From NCBI GenBank assembly GCA_036510875.1, contig DATCDE010000007.1, positions 3,055 through 67,054 of the forward strand: 64,000 nt of DNA, in the 5' to 3' direction. The number at the start of each line of letters is the position of its first letter. The stretch's first letter is position 1. Below the pieces are notes generated by a model, which did no database searches, was not told the origin of the DNA, and was given only the letters and a program-made list of their open reading frames with translations. Position numbers and translations under genes: made by a program. Shown here piece after piece: positions 45,277 to 54,519 of the stretch. The stretch is from Actinomycetes bacterium. Lineage in GTDB: Bacteria > Actinomycetota > Actinomycetes > Prado026.

Positions 45277-46279
45277 CCGGGCTGGCTTGCAGGGCGGCCA
45301 TCGAGCGGGCGGTCAGCTCGGCGACCAGGCGCTCCACGTGCTCGAGGGCGCCGGTGTCCTGGATGATCCGGCGCAGCTCGACGACCCGGTCCTGGTCCAG
45401 GTCCGGGTCGCCCAGGTCGGAGCGCAGCCGGGCCGCATCGGCCGGGGCGGCCCGGGCCAGCGCGGTCGTCACGAGCACGGTGCGCTTGCCCTCGCGCAGG
45501 TCGTCCCCGGCTGGCTTGCCGGTCTCCTCCGGGTCGCCGAACACCCCCAAGACGTCGTCCCTCAGTTGGAACGCCTCACCGAGCGGCAGCCCGTAGGCGG
45601 AGTAGGCCTCGAGCAGCTCCTGGCTCGCACCGGCGAGGGCCGCTCCGAGGTGCAGCGGCCGCTCGACGGTGTACTTGGCGCTCTTGTACCGGACCACCCG
45701 CATGGCCCGCTCGACCGACCCGCCGCCGAGGGCCTGCTCCAGCAGGTCCAGGTACTGCCCGGCCATCAGCTCGCTGCGCATGACGTCGAACACCGGCTTG
45801 GCGTGCAGCAGGGCGCCCGCGGGCAGCCCGGAGTCGAACAGCAGCTCGTCCGCCCAGGCCAGGCACAGGTCGCCCAGCAGGATCGCCGAGCCGACGCCGA
45901 AGTCCTCCGGCGATCCCAGCCAGCCGTGCCCCCGGTGCAGGGCGGCGAACCCGCGGTGCGCCGCGGGCTGGCCGCGCCGGGTGTCCGAGCGGTCCATCAC
46001 ATCGTCGTGGATCAGCGCGCAGGCCTGCAGCAGCTCCAGCGAGGCGGCCGCCCGGACGATCTGCTCGCTGTCCGCACCGCCGGCGCCGCGCCACGCCCAG
46101 TAGGCGAACGCCGGGCGCAGCCGCTTGCCGCCGGACAGCAGGGTCACGGCTGAGTCCAGCAGCGGGGCCAGGTCCTCGCTGATGCCCTGCAGCCGGGGGC
46201 CCTGGACGGCGAGGAACTCGTCCAGGGCCTTCTGCACCCGGGCTCTGAGGTCCTCGGCCTCCGTCGCAGTCCCGCCCAT
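45212..46279 (-). CDS. crtE: Polyprenyl diphosphate synthase (GGPP synthase, IdsA2/CrtE-like).
   Basis: LIHDDVMDRSDTRRG and FQLRDDVLGV aspartate-rich motifs. Confidence 0.85.
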   Translation of the reverse strand: MGGTATEAEDLRARVQKALDEFLAVQGPRLQGISEDLAPLLDSAVTLLSGGKRLRPAFAYWAWRGAGGADSEQIVRAAASLELLQACALIHDDVMDRSDTRRGQPAAHRGFAALHRGHGWLGSPEDFGVGSAILLGDLCLAWADELLFDSGLPAGALLHAKPVFDVMRSELMAGQYLDLLEQALGGGSVERAMRVVRYKSAKYTVERPLHLGAALAGASQELLEAYSAYGLPLGEAFQLRDDVLGVFGDPEETGKPAGDDLREGKRTVLVTTALARAAPADAARLRSDLGDPDLDQDRVVELRRIIQDTGALEHVERLVAELTARSMAALQASPVSAPARDVLGQLAVAATTRRG

Positions 46280-46335
46280 GCCAGCAGCCTAGGTGCGCGG
46301 CCTCGTTCCGACAGGTCCGCCGCCGTTCCGTACCC

Positions 46336-47271
46336 TTGGGCGGCATGACCCGCGGGACCGCCTCCACGATGCCCGGCGGCTCCGCCACGGTCGCCGAGCT
46401 GCTCGCCGACGGCCACCGGTCGTTCTCGTTCGAGTTCTTCCCGCCGCAGACCGACGACGGGGAGCGCCAGCTGTGGCGGGCGCTGCGTGAGCTGGAGCCG
46501 TTGGCGCCGACGTTCGTCTCGGTCACCTACGGCGCCGGGGGCTCGACGCGCGATCGCACCACCCGGCTGACCGGGCGGATCGGCAGCGAGACGACGCTCA
46601 CCCCCATGGGCCACCTCACCTGCGTCGGCTCCTCCGTCGCCGAGCTGCGCCGGGTGGTCGGCGGCTACGCCGAGGCCGGCGTGCGCACGGTGCTCGCGCT
46701 GCGTGGCGACCCGCAGGGCGGCCCGGGGACGCCGTGGGTGCCGCACCCCGACGGGCTGCAGCACGCCGACGACTTGGTCCGGCTGGTGCGCGGGCTGGGC
46801 GACTTCAGCGTCGGGGTGGCGGCTTTCCCCGAGGGGCACCCGGAGTCCCCGGACCTGGACACCGACGCCCGGCACCTGGCGGCCAAGGTGGCCGCCGGGG
46901 CGGACTTTGCCGTCACCCAGTTCTTCTTCCGGGTCGAGGACTACTTCCGGCTGGTGGAGCGCGCCGAGCGCCACGGCGCCCGGGTGCCGATCATCCCGGG
47001 GATCATGCCGGTGACCAACGTGCGGCAGATCCAGCGCTTCGCGCAGTTGTCCGGGGCGGCGTTGCCGGGCGAGCTGGCCGAGCGGCTGACCGCCGTCCAG
47101 GACGACCCGGAGGCGGTGCGCGCGATCGGCGTGGAGGCCGCGGTCGAGCTGTGCGAGCAGCTGCTCGACGGCGGTGCGCCGGGGCTGCACTTCTACACGC
47201 TCAACCGGTCCACGGCGACCCGGGAGATCTACCAGGCGCTTGGACTGCACCACCGCGCGGCCCGCCGCTGA
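46336..47271 (+). CDS. metF: 5,10-methylenetetrahydrofolate reductase.
   Basis: FSFEFFPP, VSVTYGAGGSTRD, AFPEGHPE, FAVTQFFF motifs. Confidence 0.85.
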   Translation: MGGMTRGTASTMPGGSATVAELLADGHRSFSFEFFPPQTDDGERQLWRALRELEPLAPTFVSVTYGAGGSTRDRTTRLTGRIGSETTLTPMGHLTCVGSSVAELRRVVGGYAEAGVRTVLALRGDPQGGPGTPWVPHPDGLQHADDLVRLVRGLGDFSVGVAAFPEGHPESPDLDTDARHLAAKVAAGADFAVTQFFFRVEDYFRLVERAERHGARVPIIPGIMPVTNVRQIQRFAQLSGAALPGELAERLTAVQDDPEAVRAIGVEAAVELCEQLLDGGAPGLHFYTLNRSTATREIYQALGLHHRAARR

Positions 47272-47284
47272 CACAATTGGGCGC

Positions 47285-47926
47285 ATGAGCGAGCCCGCCA
47301 GCGTGTTCCCAGGGCCCAGCGTGACCGTCGTGGGCACCGGGACGGCCGCCGCGCCGCCCGACGTCGTGGTGCTCGACCTGGCCGCCGAGGCCGGCGCCCA
47401 GCATGCGGCCACCGCGCTGGGCGAGGCCGGCGCGGCGCTGACCCGGATGCGCGACGCGGCGCTCGTGGCCGGGGTCGAGCGGGCCGACCTGAGGTCGGCC
47501 GGCACCCAGCTGTGGCCGCAGACCGATCCGAAGGGCCGGCCGCTGGGCTACCGCGCCGTGCTGTCGCTGACCGTGCGGGTGCGGGAGCTGGCGGCCGCAT
47601 CCGAGCTGCTGCCGTCGCTGGTGGCGGCCGGTGGGGACGCCGCCCGGGTCCAGGGCACCCGGCTCGAGCACGACGACCTGGCCGCGCTGCACCGGGCGGC
47701 GCGGGACGCGGCGTTCGCCGACGCGAGGGGGCGGGCCGAGCAGTACGCCGGGCTGGCCGGTCGCGGGCTGGGCCCGGTGCTGGAGATCAGCGAGGCGCCG
47801 GTCCGTGGCGGCCCGGGGCCGATCAGCCCCCGGCTGGCGCTGATGGCCTCGGCGGAGGCGCTGCCCGTGGAGGCCGGGCTGTCCTCGGTCGAGGCGTCGG
47901 TCGTGGTCCGCTGGGGGCTGGCCTGA
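47285..47926 (+). CDS. SIMPL/DUF541 domain protein.
   Basis: 213 aa with the pattern ...AATALGEAGAALTRMRDAALVAGVERADLRS...VRVRELAAASELLPSLVAAGGD. Confidence 0.5.
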   Translation: MSEPASVFPGPSVTVVGTGTAAAPPDVVVLDLAAEAGAQHAATALGEAGAALTRMRDAALVAGVERADLRSAGTQLWPQTDPKGRPLGYRAVLSLTVRVRELAAASELLPSLVAAGGDAARVQGTRLEHDDLAALHRAARDAAFADARGRAEQYAGLAGRGLGPVLEISEAPVRGGPGPISPRLALMASAEALPVEAGLSSVEASVVVRWGLA

Positions 47927-48597
47927 GCCGTCCCGCGCCGCTGGGCCGCGACGAGTACCTGGCCCGGTGGTCGGGGCTGCACGGCGGGTACGACCCGGGC
48001 GCATCGGTCTGGGTGGGCGGCTGGCTGCGCCTGATGTACGCCGTGGCCCGTCCGTTCGCGGTGGCCGGGGTTCCTCCGGACGCCGTCACGCTGCTCGGGC
48101 TGGTCGCCGCCGGGGCGGTGGCCGCGCTCGCCTGGGCCGGCGCCGGCTGGCTGCTGCTGGCCGCGCTGGTGGTCGTGCTGTCCGGTGTCCTAGACGGCGT
48201 GGACGGCGCGGTGGCCGTGCTGACCGACCGGACCACCGCCTTCGGCTTCGTGCTCGACTCGCTGGTGGACCGTTGCTCTGACCTTCTGTACCTGTTGGCT
48301 TTGTACCTCGCCGGCGCTCCCGCATGGGTCTGCGTGGCCGCTGGGGTGGTCACCCTGCTGCACGAGTACGCCCGGGCCCGGGCCGCCGCCGGTGGGCTGC
48401 CCGACGTGGGCATGATCACGGTGGCCGAGCGGCCGACCCGGGTGATCGTCACCGCGCTGGCCCTGGCGCTCGCGGCGGCGGCGGCAGCTGACGGGGGTGC
48501 CGGACCCTGGGCGCAAGGGGGCGCGGTGGTGTGGCTGGTCCTCGGGGTCGTCGGCCTGGTCCAGCTGCTGGTCGTGCTGGGACGTCGGCTGCGCTGA
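47923..48597 (+). CDS. CDP-alcohol phosphatidyltransferase family protein. The start is uncertain.
   Basis: DGVDGAVAVLTDRTTAFGFVLDSLVDRCSD (D-G-x2-A-R...G...D-x3-D) and a TM-rich sequence. No ATG/GTG lies upstream of the conserved-looking RDEYLARWSGLHGG. Candidate starts are CTG 47923, GTG 48013 and ATG 48034. Confidence 0.6.
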   Translation: MSRPAPLGRDEYLARWSGLHGGYDPGASVWVGGWLRLMYAVARPFAVAGVPPDAVTLLGLVAAGAVAALAWAGAGWLLLAALVVVLSGVLDGVDGAVAVLTDRTTAFGFVLDSLVDRCSDLLYLLALYLAGAPAWVCVAAGVVTLLHEYARARAAAGGLPDVGMITVAERPTRVIVTALALALAAAAAADGGAGPWAQGGAVVWLVLGVVGLVQLLVVLGRRLR

Positions 48598-48615
48598 CTT
48601 CGGCAGGATGGGGGC

Positions 48616-50112
48616 GTGGACACCCAGCTGGCCCTGGCGCTGCTGGCCGGCGCGGTCATCGTGCTGGTCGGCGTGCTGGCCGTGCGGCTGGCCTACCGGC
48701 TGGGCCTGCCCGGCCTGCTGCTGTACCTGGGGCTGGGCATGGCGCTGGGGCAGTCCGGCCTCGGCATCCGGTTCGACGACGCCGTCCTGACCCGCGACCT
48801 CGGGCTGATCGCGCTCGCGGTCATCCTGGCGGAGGGCGGTCTCACCACCCGGCTGGCCCAGGTGCGGCCGGTGCTCGGCCGCGCGGCGGTCCTCGCCACG
48901 GTGGGGGTGGCCGTCTCGGTCCTCGTCGTCGCGGTCGCCGGCCGCTACCTGCTCTCCATGGACTGGCGGACGGCGGTGCTGCTCGGCGCCGTGGTGTCCT
49001 CGACCGACGCGGCCGCGGTGTTCTCGGTGCTGCGCCAGGTCCGGCTGCCGGCCCGGCTGCGCGGCCTGCTGGAGGCGGAGTCGGGGTTCAACGACGCGCC
49101 CGTCGTCGTGCTCGTCGCGGCGGTCTCGGCACCGAGCTGGGGCACCGGGCCGGCCTGGCAGCTGGCCCCGCTCATGGTCTACGAGCTCGCGGCCGGTGCC
49201 GCGGCCGGCCTGCTGGTCGGCTCGGCCGGGCGCCTGCTGCTGGCCCGGATCGCGCTGCCGGCGTCCGGCCTGTACCCGCTCGCGGCGATGGCCATCACCG
49301 CGGCTGCCTACTCCGGCACGGTGGTGCTGCACGCCAGCGGCTTCCTGGCCGTGTACGTGTGCGCGCTGCTGCTCGGGATGCCGGGGCTGCCGCACCGGCG
49401 CGCGGTGCTGGGCTTCGCCGAGGGTCTCGCCTGGCTGGCCCAGATCGGGCTGTTCGTGCTGCTCGGCCTGCTGTCCGTGCCCAGCCGGCTTCCGCACGCC
49501 GTGGGTCCCGCCCTGGTGACCGGCCTGACCCTGCTGGTCCTGGCCCGGCCACTGTCGGTGCTGGTGAGCGCGGCGCCGTTCCGGGTGCCATGGCGGGCGC
49601 AGGCGTTCGTCGCCTGGGCCGGGCTGCGGGGCGCGGTGCCCATCGTGCTGGCCACGATCCCGCTGTCCGAGGGCACGCCGTACGCAGTCGAGATGTTCGA
49701 CACGGTGTTCGTGCTGGTGCTCGTCTTCACCGTCGTCCAGGCGCCGACGCTGCCCTGGGTGGCCCGGCGGCTGAAGGTGGTGGCCCCCGAGGAGACCGGC
49801 GAGCTCGAGGTGGAGACCGCCCCGCTGGACGAGCTGGACGCCTCGCTGCTCGACGTCCGGGTGGTCGAGGGCTCCCGGCTGGCCGGGGCGTACGTGGACG
49901 ACCTGCGGCTGCCCCGCGGCGCCGCCGTGACGCTGGTGGTCAGGGACGGGGACAGCCGGGTGCCCGACCCGACGACGCGGCTGCGGGTCGGTGACCGGTT
50001 GGTGGTGGTGGCCACCTCGACCAGCCGGTCGGCGGCGGAGCGGCGGCTGCGGGCGGTCAGCCGCCGTGGTTCGCTGGCCCGCTGGCTGGGCGAGGAGGGC
50101 GACTCCGGCTGA
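48616..50112 (+). CDS. Monovalent cation:proton antiporter (CPA1/NhaP-type) with a C-terminal TrkA-C (RCK_C) domain.
   Basis: About 12 TM segments plus C-terminal ...VVEGSRLAGAYVDDLRLPRGAAVTLVVRDGDSRVPDPTTRLRVGDRLVVVA. Confidence 0.8.
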   Translation: MDTQLALALLAGAVIVLVGVLAVRLAYRLGLPGLLLYLGLGMALGQSGLGIRFDDAVLTRDLGLIALAVILAEGGLTTRLAQVRPVLGRAAVLATVGVAVSVLVVAVAGRYLLSMDWRTAVLLGAVVSSTDAAAVFSVLRQVRLPARLRGLLEAESGFNDAPVVVLVAAVSAPSWGTGPAWQLAPLMVYELAAGAAAGLLVGSAGRLLLARIALPASGLYPLAAMAITAAAYSGTVVLHASGFLAVYVCALLLGMPGLPHRRAVLGFAEGLAWLAQIGLFVLLGLLSVPSRLPHAVGPALVTGLTLLVLARPLSVLVSAAPFRVPWRAQAFVAWAGLRGAVPIVLATIPLSEGTPYAVEMFDTVFVLVLVFTVVQAPTLPWVARRLKVVAPEETGELEVETAPLDELDASLLDVRVVEGSRLAGAYVDDLRLPRGAAVTLVVRDGDSRVPDPTTRLRVGDRLVVVATSTSRSAAERRLRAVSRRGSLARWLGEEGDSG

Positions 50113-50113
50113 G

Positions 50114-50139
50114 CCGCCCGCTCACGGTGATCAGGGCGG
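50114..50139. terminator. Hairpin CCGCCC(n14)GGGCGG between convergent genes.
   Basis: 6-bp GC stem seen in the 44-bp gap between the antiporter and desaturase stops. Confidence 0.25.
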
Positions 50140-50155
50140 TGGCGCGGAGGGGTGG

Positions 50156-51658
50156 TCAGGCCGGGCCGATGAGCTCGGCGACGATCTCGGCGGACAGGCC
50201 CACGAGCGGCAGCCCGCCGCCGGGGTGGGCCGAGCCGCCCACGAGGAACAGCCTCGGCACCGGGCTGGCGTTGGCCGGGCGCAAGAACGCCGCCCTCGGC
50301 CCGTTGGACGACGTGCCGTAGATCGAGCCGCCCGGCGCCCTGGTGGCCCGCTCGAGGTCCGCGGGGGTACGGACCTCGTGCCACAGCAGCCGGTCCCGGA
50401 CGTCCAGCCCGCGCGCCGCCAGCACGGCGAGCACCCGGTCGGCGTACGCCTGGGCCAGACCGGGGGCGTCCCAGTCGACACCGTGCTCAGGGTCGTGTCG
50501 GGGCGCGTTGACGAGCACGAACCAGGACTCGTGCTCGGCGTCCGGGCGCATCGCCGGGTCGTCCGGCGCGCACACGTACACGGTGGGGTGCTCGACCGGG
50601 TGCGGCTGCGGCCCGAAGATCGCGTCGAACTCCGCGTCGTAGTCGGCGCTGAACACCACCGTGTGGTGCCGCAGTCCCGGCGTGCGGCCCCGGACGGCCA
50701 GCAGCAGCACGAAACCGGACAGCGAAGGGGTGGTCCTGGCCAGCCGGTCCAGCACGGGGGCCGCGACCGGGCGGGGGAGCAGGTCCCGGTACAGGTGGCT
50801 CGCATCGGCGTTGGCCACCACCACGTCCGCGGGCAACGTCTCGTCGTCGGCCAGCCGGACGCCGGACGCGCGGCCACCGTCCAGGGTCACCTCGACGGCA
50901 TCCGCGCCGAACCGGAAGCCGACCCCCCGGTCCAGGCAGCGGTCGTAGGTGGCCGTCGCCAGCCGGGCCAGGCCGCCGCCCACGTGCCAGGCGCCGAAGG
51001 TCTGCTCCACGTAGGGGATGGTGGCCAGCGCTGCGGGGGCCCGGCGCGGGTCGGAGCCGGCGTAGGTCGCGTACCGCTCGAGCAGCTGCCGCAGCCGCGG
51101 GTCGTGCAGGTACTGCCGACCGAGCCCGCGCAGCGAGGTGAATGGGGCCACCGTGCGCAGGTCGCGCAGCCGGATCGACTGCCGGACCAGCTGCCAGGGC
51201 CCGGTCAGCGGGCTGGTGAGGAACGGACGACGGGTCACCTGCCAGATGGCCGCTCCGCGGTCGACGAGCCCCGTCCACTGCTGTCCGGTTCCGGCGCCGA
51301 GTGCGGCGTCCAGGGCGTCGGCCGCGCCGTCCCGGGAGGCGTTGGGCAGCTCAACCGAGGTGCCGTCGGCGAACCGGTAGCCGAACGCCGGGTCGACCGG
51401 CACCAGCTCGACGTTGTCCTCCAGCGCCGCTCCGGCCCGGCGGACGGCGGTCTTGAGGAACAGGTCCCGGTAGACGGCGGGCAGCGTGAGCAGCGACGGG
51501 CCGGTGTCGAAGACGAAGCCGTCGCGCTGGTAGCTGGCCAGCTTGCCCCCGGGCGCGGTGGACCGCTCCACCACGGTCACCTGGTGCTTCGCCGCGGCGA
51601 GCCGGGCCGCCGCGGCGAGGCCGCCCATGCCGGCGCCGATCACCACCACCCTGGCCAC
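50156..51658 (-). CDS. crtD: Phytoene desaturase-family FAD oxidoreductase (CrtD/CrtI-like carotenoid desaturase).
   Basis: MARVVVIGAGMGGLAAAARLAAAKHQVTVVERSTAPGGK and a C-terminal CrtI-family segment. First gene of a carotenoid-modification block. Confidence 0.75.
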   Translation of the reverse strand: MARVVVIGAGMGGLAAAARLAAAKHQVTVVERSTAPGGKLASYQRDGFVFDTGPSLLTLPAVYRDLFLKTAVRRAGAALEDNVELVPVDPAFGYRFADGTSVELPNASRDGAADALDAALGAGTGQQWTGLVDRGAAIWQVTRRPFLTSPLTGPWQLVRQSIRLRDLRTVAPFTSLRGLGRQYLHDPRLRQLLERYATYAGSDPRRAPAALATIPYVEQTFGAWHVGGGLARLATATYDRCLDRGVGFRFGADAVEVTLDGGRASGVRLADDETLPADVVVANADASHLYRDLLPRPVAAPVLDRLARTTPSLSGFVLLLAVRGRTPGLRHHTVVFSADYDAEFDAIFGPQPHPVEHPTVYVCAPDDPAMRPDAEHESWFVLVNAPRHDPEHGVDWDAPGLAQAYADRVLAVLAARGLDVRDRLLWHEVRTPADLERATRAPGGSIYGTSSNGPRAAFLRPANASPVPRLFLVGGSAHPGGGLPLVGLSAEIVAELIGPA

Positions 51659-51686
51659 GCCAGGGATCCTCCCATCCGCGGGAGGC

Positions 51687-52805
51687 TCAGACCGGGCGGC
51701 CCTTCCACTGCAGCTCGCCGCGGCGCTTGCGCCGCCAGGACTGCGCGGCGAGGTACCCGAACAGGGTGACCGAGACCGGGTGGGCCAGCGCGTCCGGCCA
51801 GACCCGCCCGCCCACGCGCCGGGCCACCAGGGCCCGCCCGGCGACGCCCGCGGCGTACCCGGCCAGCCCGACCGGTGACCCGCGCAGCGCGGCCGCGGCC
51901 GGCAGCACGTAGGCCACCCCGAGACCGGCCATCACGGCGGCGGCGCCGGCCGGGGAGCCGAACGCCGACCACAGCGACTTGGCGTAGCCGGCCTCGAGGT
52001 CGGCCCACCCCTCGTACATCCGGCAGGTGGCGATCGCGGTGCCGTCGGCCACCGTCCCGCGCCCGCCCGAGCGCTTCACCGCGCGCATCAGCGCCACGTC
52101 GTCGAGCACCTCGCCGCGGACGGCGGCGTGCCCGCCGGCGGCCCGGTAGGCGCCCGCGTCGACCGCGATCAGCTGCCCGTTCGCGGCGGCGAGCGACTCC
52201 CGCGGCGACCGCTCGGCGGCACCCATCGGCAGCGTGGTCAGCCAGGACCACTGCAGCAGCGGCTGCACGAGCCGCTCGGCCACCGACCCGGTCAGCTGCC
52301 GCGGGTACGGCGAGACCAGGTCCAGCCCGGCCGAGCGCAGCAACGTCACGGTGGCGGCCACCGCGGTGGGGGCCAGCACCACGTCGGCGTCCACGAGGAC
52401 GAGCACGTCCCCGGTGGCCCGCTGCGCCAGCCGGTGGCAGGCCCACGGCTTGCCCAGCCAGCCGTCGGGCGGCGTGTCCTGGCCGCCGTCCAGCAGGGTC
52501 ACCCGGGGGTCGCCGGCCACGACCGACCGGACGACGTCGGCGGTGCCGTCAGCGGAGCCGTCGTCCAGCACCAGGATCTGCAGGTCCGGGACCCGCACCT
52601 GGGCGAGCAGCGACCGCAGGCACGGAGCCACCCGGCGGGCCTCGTCGCGCAGCGGCAGCAGCACGGACACCCGCTCGGTCACCGGGGCGGGGTCGACGGG
52701 TGGCACCCGCAGCCGCCGCAGGTTCACCGCCGTGTGCAGGGTTCCGGCCAGGGCGGCCGCCGATCCGGTGGTGACCGCCGCGCAGGTCAGTCCCGGCCGG
52801 ACCAC
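51687..52805 (-). CDS. Family-2 glycosyltransferase (carotenoid glycosyltransferase CruC/CrtX-like).
   Basis: VSVLLPLRDEARRVAPCLRSL, DDGSADGT, LVDADVVL (DxD). GTG start at 52805 overlaps the upstream gene end by 19 nt. Confidence 0.7.
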   Translation of the reverse strand: MVRPGLTCAAVTTGSAAALAGTLHTAVNLRRLRVPPVDPAPVTERVSVLLPLRDEARRVAPCLRSLLAQVRVPDLQILVLDDGSADGTADVVRSVVAGDPRVTLLDGGQDTPPDGWLGKPWACHRLAQRATGDVLVLVDADVVLAPTAVAATVTLLRSAGLDLVSPYPRQLTGSVAERLVQPLLQWSWLTTLPMGAAERSPRESLAAANGQLIAVDAGAYRAAGGHAAVRGEVLDDVALMRAVKRSGGRGTVADGTAIATCRMYEGWADLEAGYAKSLWSAFGSPAGAAAVMAGLGVAYVLPAAAALRGSPVGLAGYAAGVAGRALVARRVGGRVWPDALAHPVSVTLFGYLAAQSWRRKRRGELQWKGRPV

Positions 52806-53587
52806 AGCACCCAGGCGTAGGGGACGGCGACGACGCCCATGGCGATGCCGCCGTAGAGGGCCACCGCCGGGCGGTCGAAGAAGAACGCGTTGGCCACCAC
52901 CGAGGACACGTAGGTCCACAGGAACAGGAAGGCCGGCTGGCCGTCCGGCGCGCTGCGCCGAGGCAGCCGGTCGAGCAGCAGCATCATGACCAGCGCGGTG
53001 ACGAACCAGCCCAGGAAGTTGCTGGCCGGCACCCCCGGCACGTTCCGCAGCACCAGCCCGGGGTTGGTGAAGGTCCAGTAGCGCTCGCCGGTCATCATCG
53101 GGTCGAGGAAGAGGTCCCAGGAGGACAGCGCCAGGGCGCCGAGCAGCGGGGTGACCACGGCGGAGCGGGACAGCCTCCGGGCCGCGATCAGCGCGGGGTA
53201 GGCCATCATCGCCCAGGCCAGCGGGATCAGCCAGGGCACCCCGAGCACGGTCGCCCCCAGCGCGGTGCCGTACTCGTAGTGGCCGAACGGCAGCCCGGTG
53301 CGCACCCCCACGGCCTCGACCGCCAGCCCGCCCCCCACGGTGACCAGCAGGTACCAGGCGGACCACCAGGGGCCCCGCCAGATCAGCGCGTGGAACGCGG
53401 AGGCCAGGAAGAACGTGACGACGGTCGCCACGGTGACGTCGCGGCGGGCGTCACCGTGCACCAGCGGGAACGCGATCTCTAGCCCCACCACGCTGAGGGC
53501 GAGCAGCCACGGCAGCCACCGCACCAGCCCCGAGCGGCCGTGGTGGCGGTGGTCTGCGTGCGGGCCCGAGTATGACCGGACGCTCAC
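52787..53587 (-). CDS. cruF: Carotenoid biosynthesis membrane protein (DUF422/CruF-like; the family includes carotenoid 1,2-hydratase).
   Basis: About 266 aa polytopic membrane protein in an operon with the desaturase and GT2. Family assignment is by context and pattern only. Confidence 0.5.
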   Translation of the reverse strand: MSVRSYSGPHADHRHHGRSGLVRWLPWLLALSVVGLEIAFPLVHGDARRDVTVATVVTFFLASAFHALIWRGPWWSAWYLLVTVGGGLAVEAVGVRTGLPFGHYEYGTALGATVLGVPWLIPLAWAMMAYPALIAARRLSRSAVVTPLLGALALSSWDLFLDPMMTGERYWTFTNPGLVLRNVPGVPASNFLGWFVTALVMMLLLDRLPRRSAPDGQPAFLFLWTYVSSVVANAFFFDRPAVALYGGIAMGVVAVPYAWVLWSGRD

Positions 53588-53644
53588 CGGTCACCTGCCC
53601 GGCCTGGTTGCCATCCGGTCACGAGGGGGCAGCCTAGGCGACGA

Positions 53645-54355
53645 TCAGCGGGGCACGCGTATCGAGACCCCACCGAACGTCCCGCCGGCCTCCACGACGG
53701 CGAGCCGGGCGAACAGCTCCTCGGCGTACCAGCCGACCTCTGGCGTGCGGGCGACCACGGCCTGGTGCTCGGGCGTGCGGTGCGCGAAGGCGGTGAGAGC
53801 GTCGGGCGAGTCCCACAGGCTGAAGGTGCCTTGCAGGCCGACCGGGGCCTCGCCGATGCCGGTGGCCAGCAGCAGACCGGGGGTCCGCTTCAGCCGCTCG
53901 CTCACCGGCGGGACGGCCCGCCAGAACGTCGCCATCGACTGCGGCCGCAGCCGGGCCCGGGTGATCGCTGCCGTGGGCCCGTCGTGCCGCCCGGGCGCCG
54001 GGACGCCGAACGGCCGCCGTCCGGCCCAGGTGCCCCTGCTGGCCAGCGGGCGCATGGCCACGTGCAGCCGCTCGAAGGAGCGCCGCTGCCAGGACCGCAC
54101 GACGGCGGAGTCGTCGAACGCGTCGGCGTCCGCGGTGCTCGCCCAGGTGGCCAGCAGCCCCCAGTGGTGGACGTCGGCGTCGCGCGGGGTGAAGGTTCGG
54201 CCGTCGCCGGTGCCCAGCAGCTTGGCGAACCGCAGCCCGGGCGTGCGCCGGACCGGACGCCGGTCCAGCCCCATGTGCAGCAGGGCCGCGGGGACGGCTC
54301 GGGCGGCCACCCCCCACAGGTCGAGGGTGACCAGCGCCGGTACCTCGTCGGGCAC
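53645..54355 (-). CDS. CrtA-like protein (spheroidene monooxygenase family) / hypothetical.
   Basis: RTPGLRFAKLLGTGDGRTFTP, RGTWAGRRPF, FWRAVPPVS, GLQGTFSLWDSPDALTAF and GWYAEELFARLAVVE parallel Rhodobacter CrtA motifs as I remember them. Confidence 0.45.
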   Translation of the reverse strand: MPDEVPALVTLDLWGVAARAVPAALLHMGLDRRPVRRTPGLRFAKLLGTGDGRTFTPRDADVHHWGLLATWASTADADAFDDSAVVRSWQRRSFERLHVAMRPLASRGTWAGRRPFGVPAPGRHDGPTAAITRARLRPQSMATFWRAVPPVSERLKRTPGLLLATGIGEAPVGLQGTFSLWDSPDALTAFAHRTPEHQAVVARTPEVGWYAEELFARLAVVEAGGTFGGVSIRVPR

Positions 54356-54519
54356 GGCGATCAGCGTACGGCGCCCGCGGCCCGGCCCTCCCCTGAGACC
54401 GTGGCCGGACCCGCGGCGCCGCCTCCCTCACGATCGCCGTCCGCGCGGGACCTGGCGGCCGCGACACCCGAGGGCGCGGACCGGTTCGTCGACCTGCTGG
54501 CGGTGCTCGCCCTGCTCGC

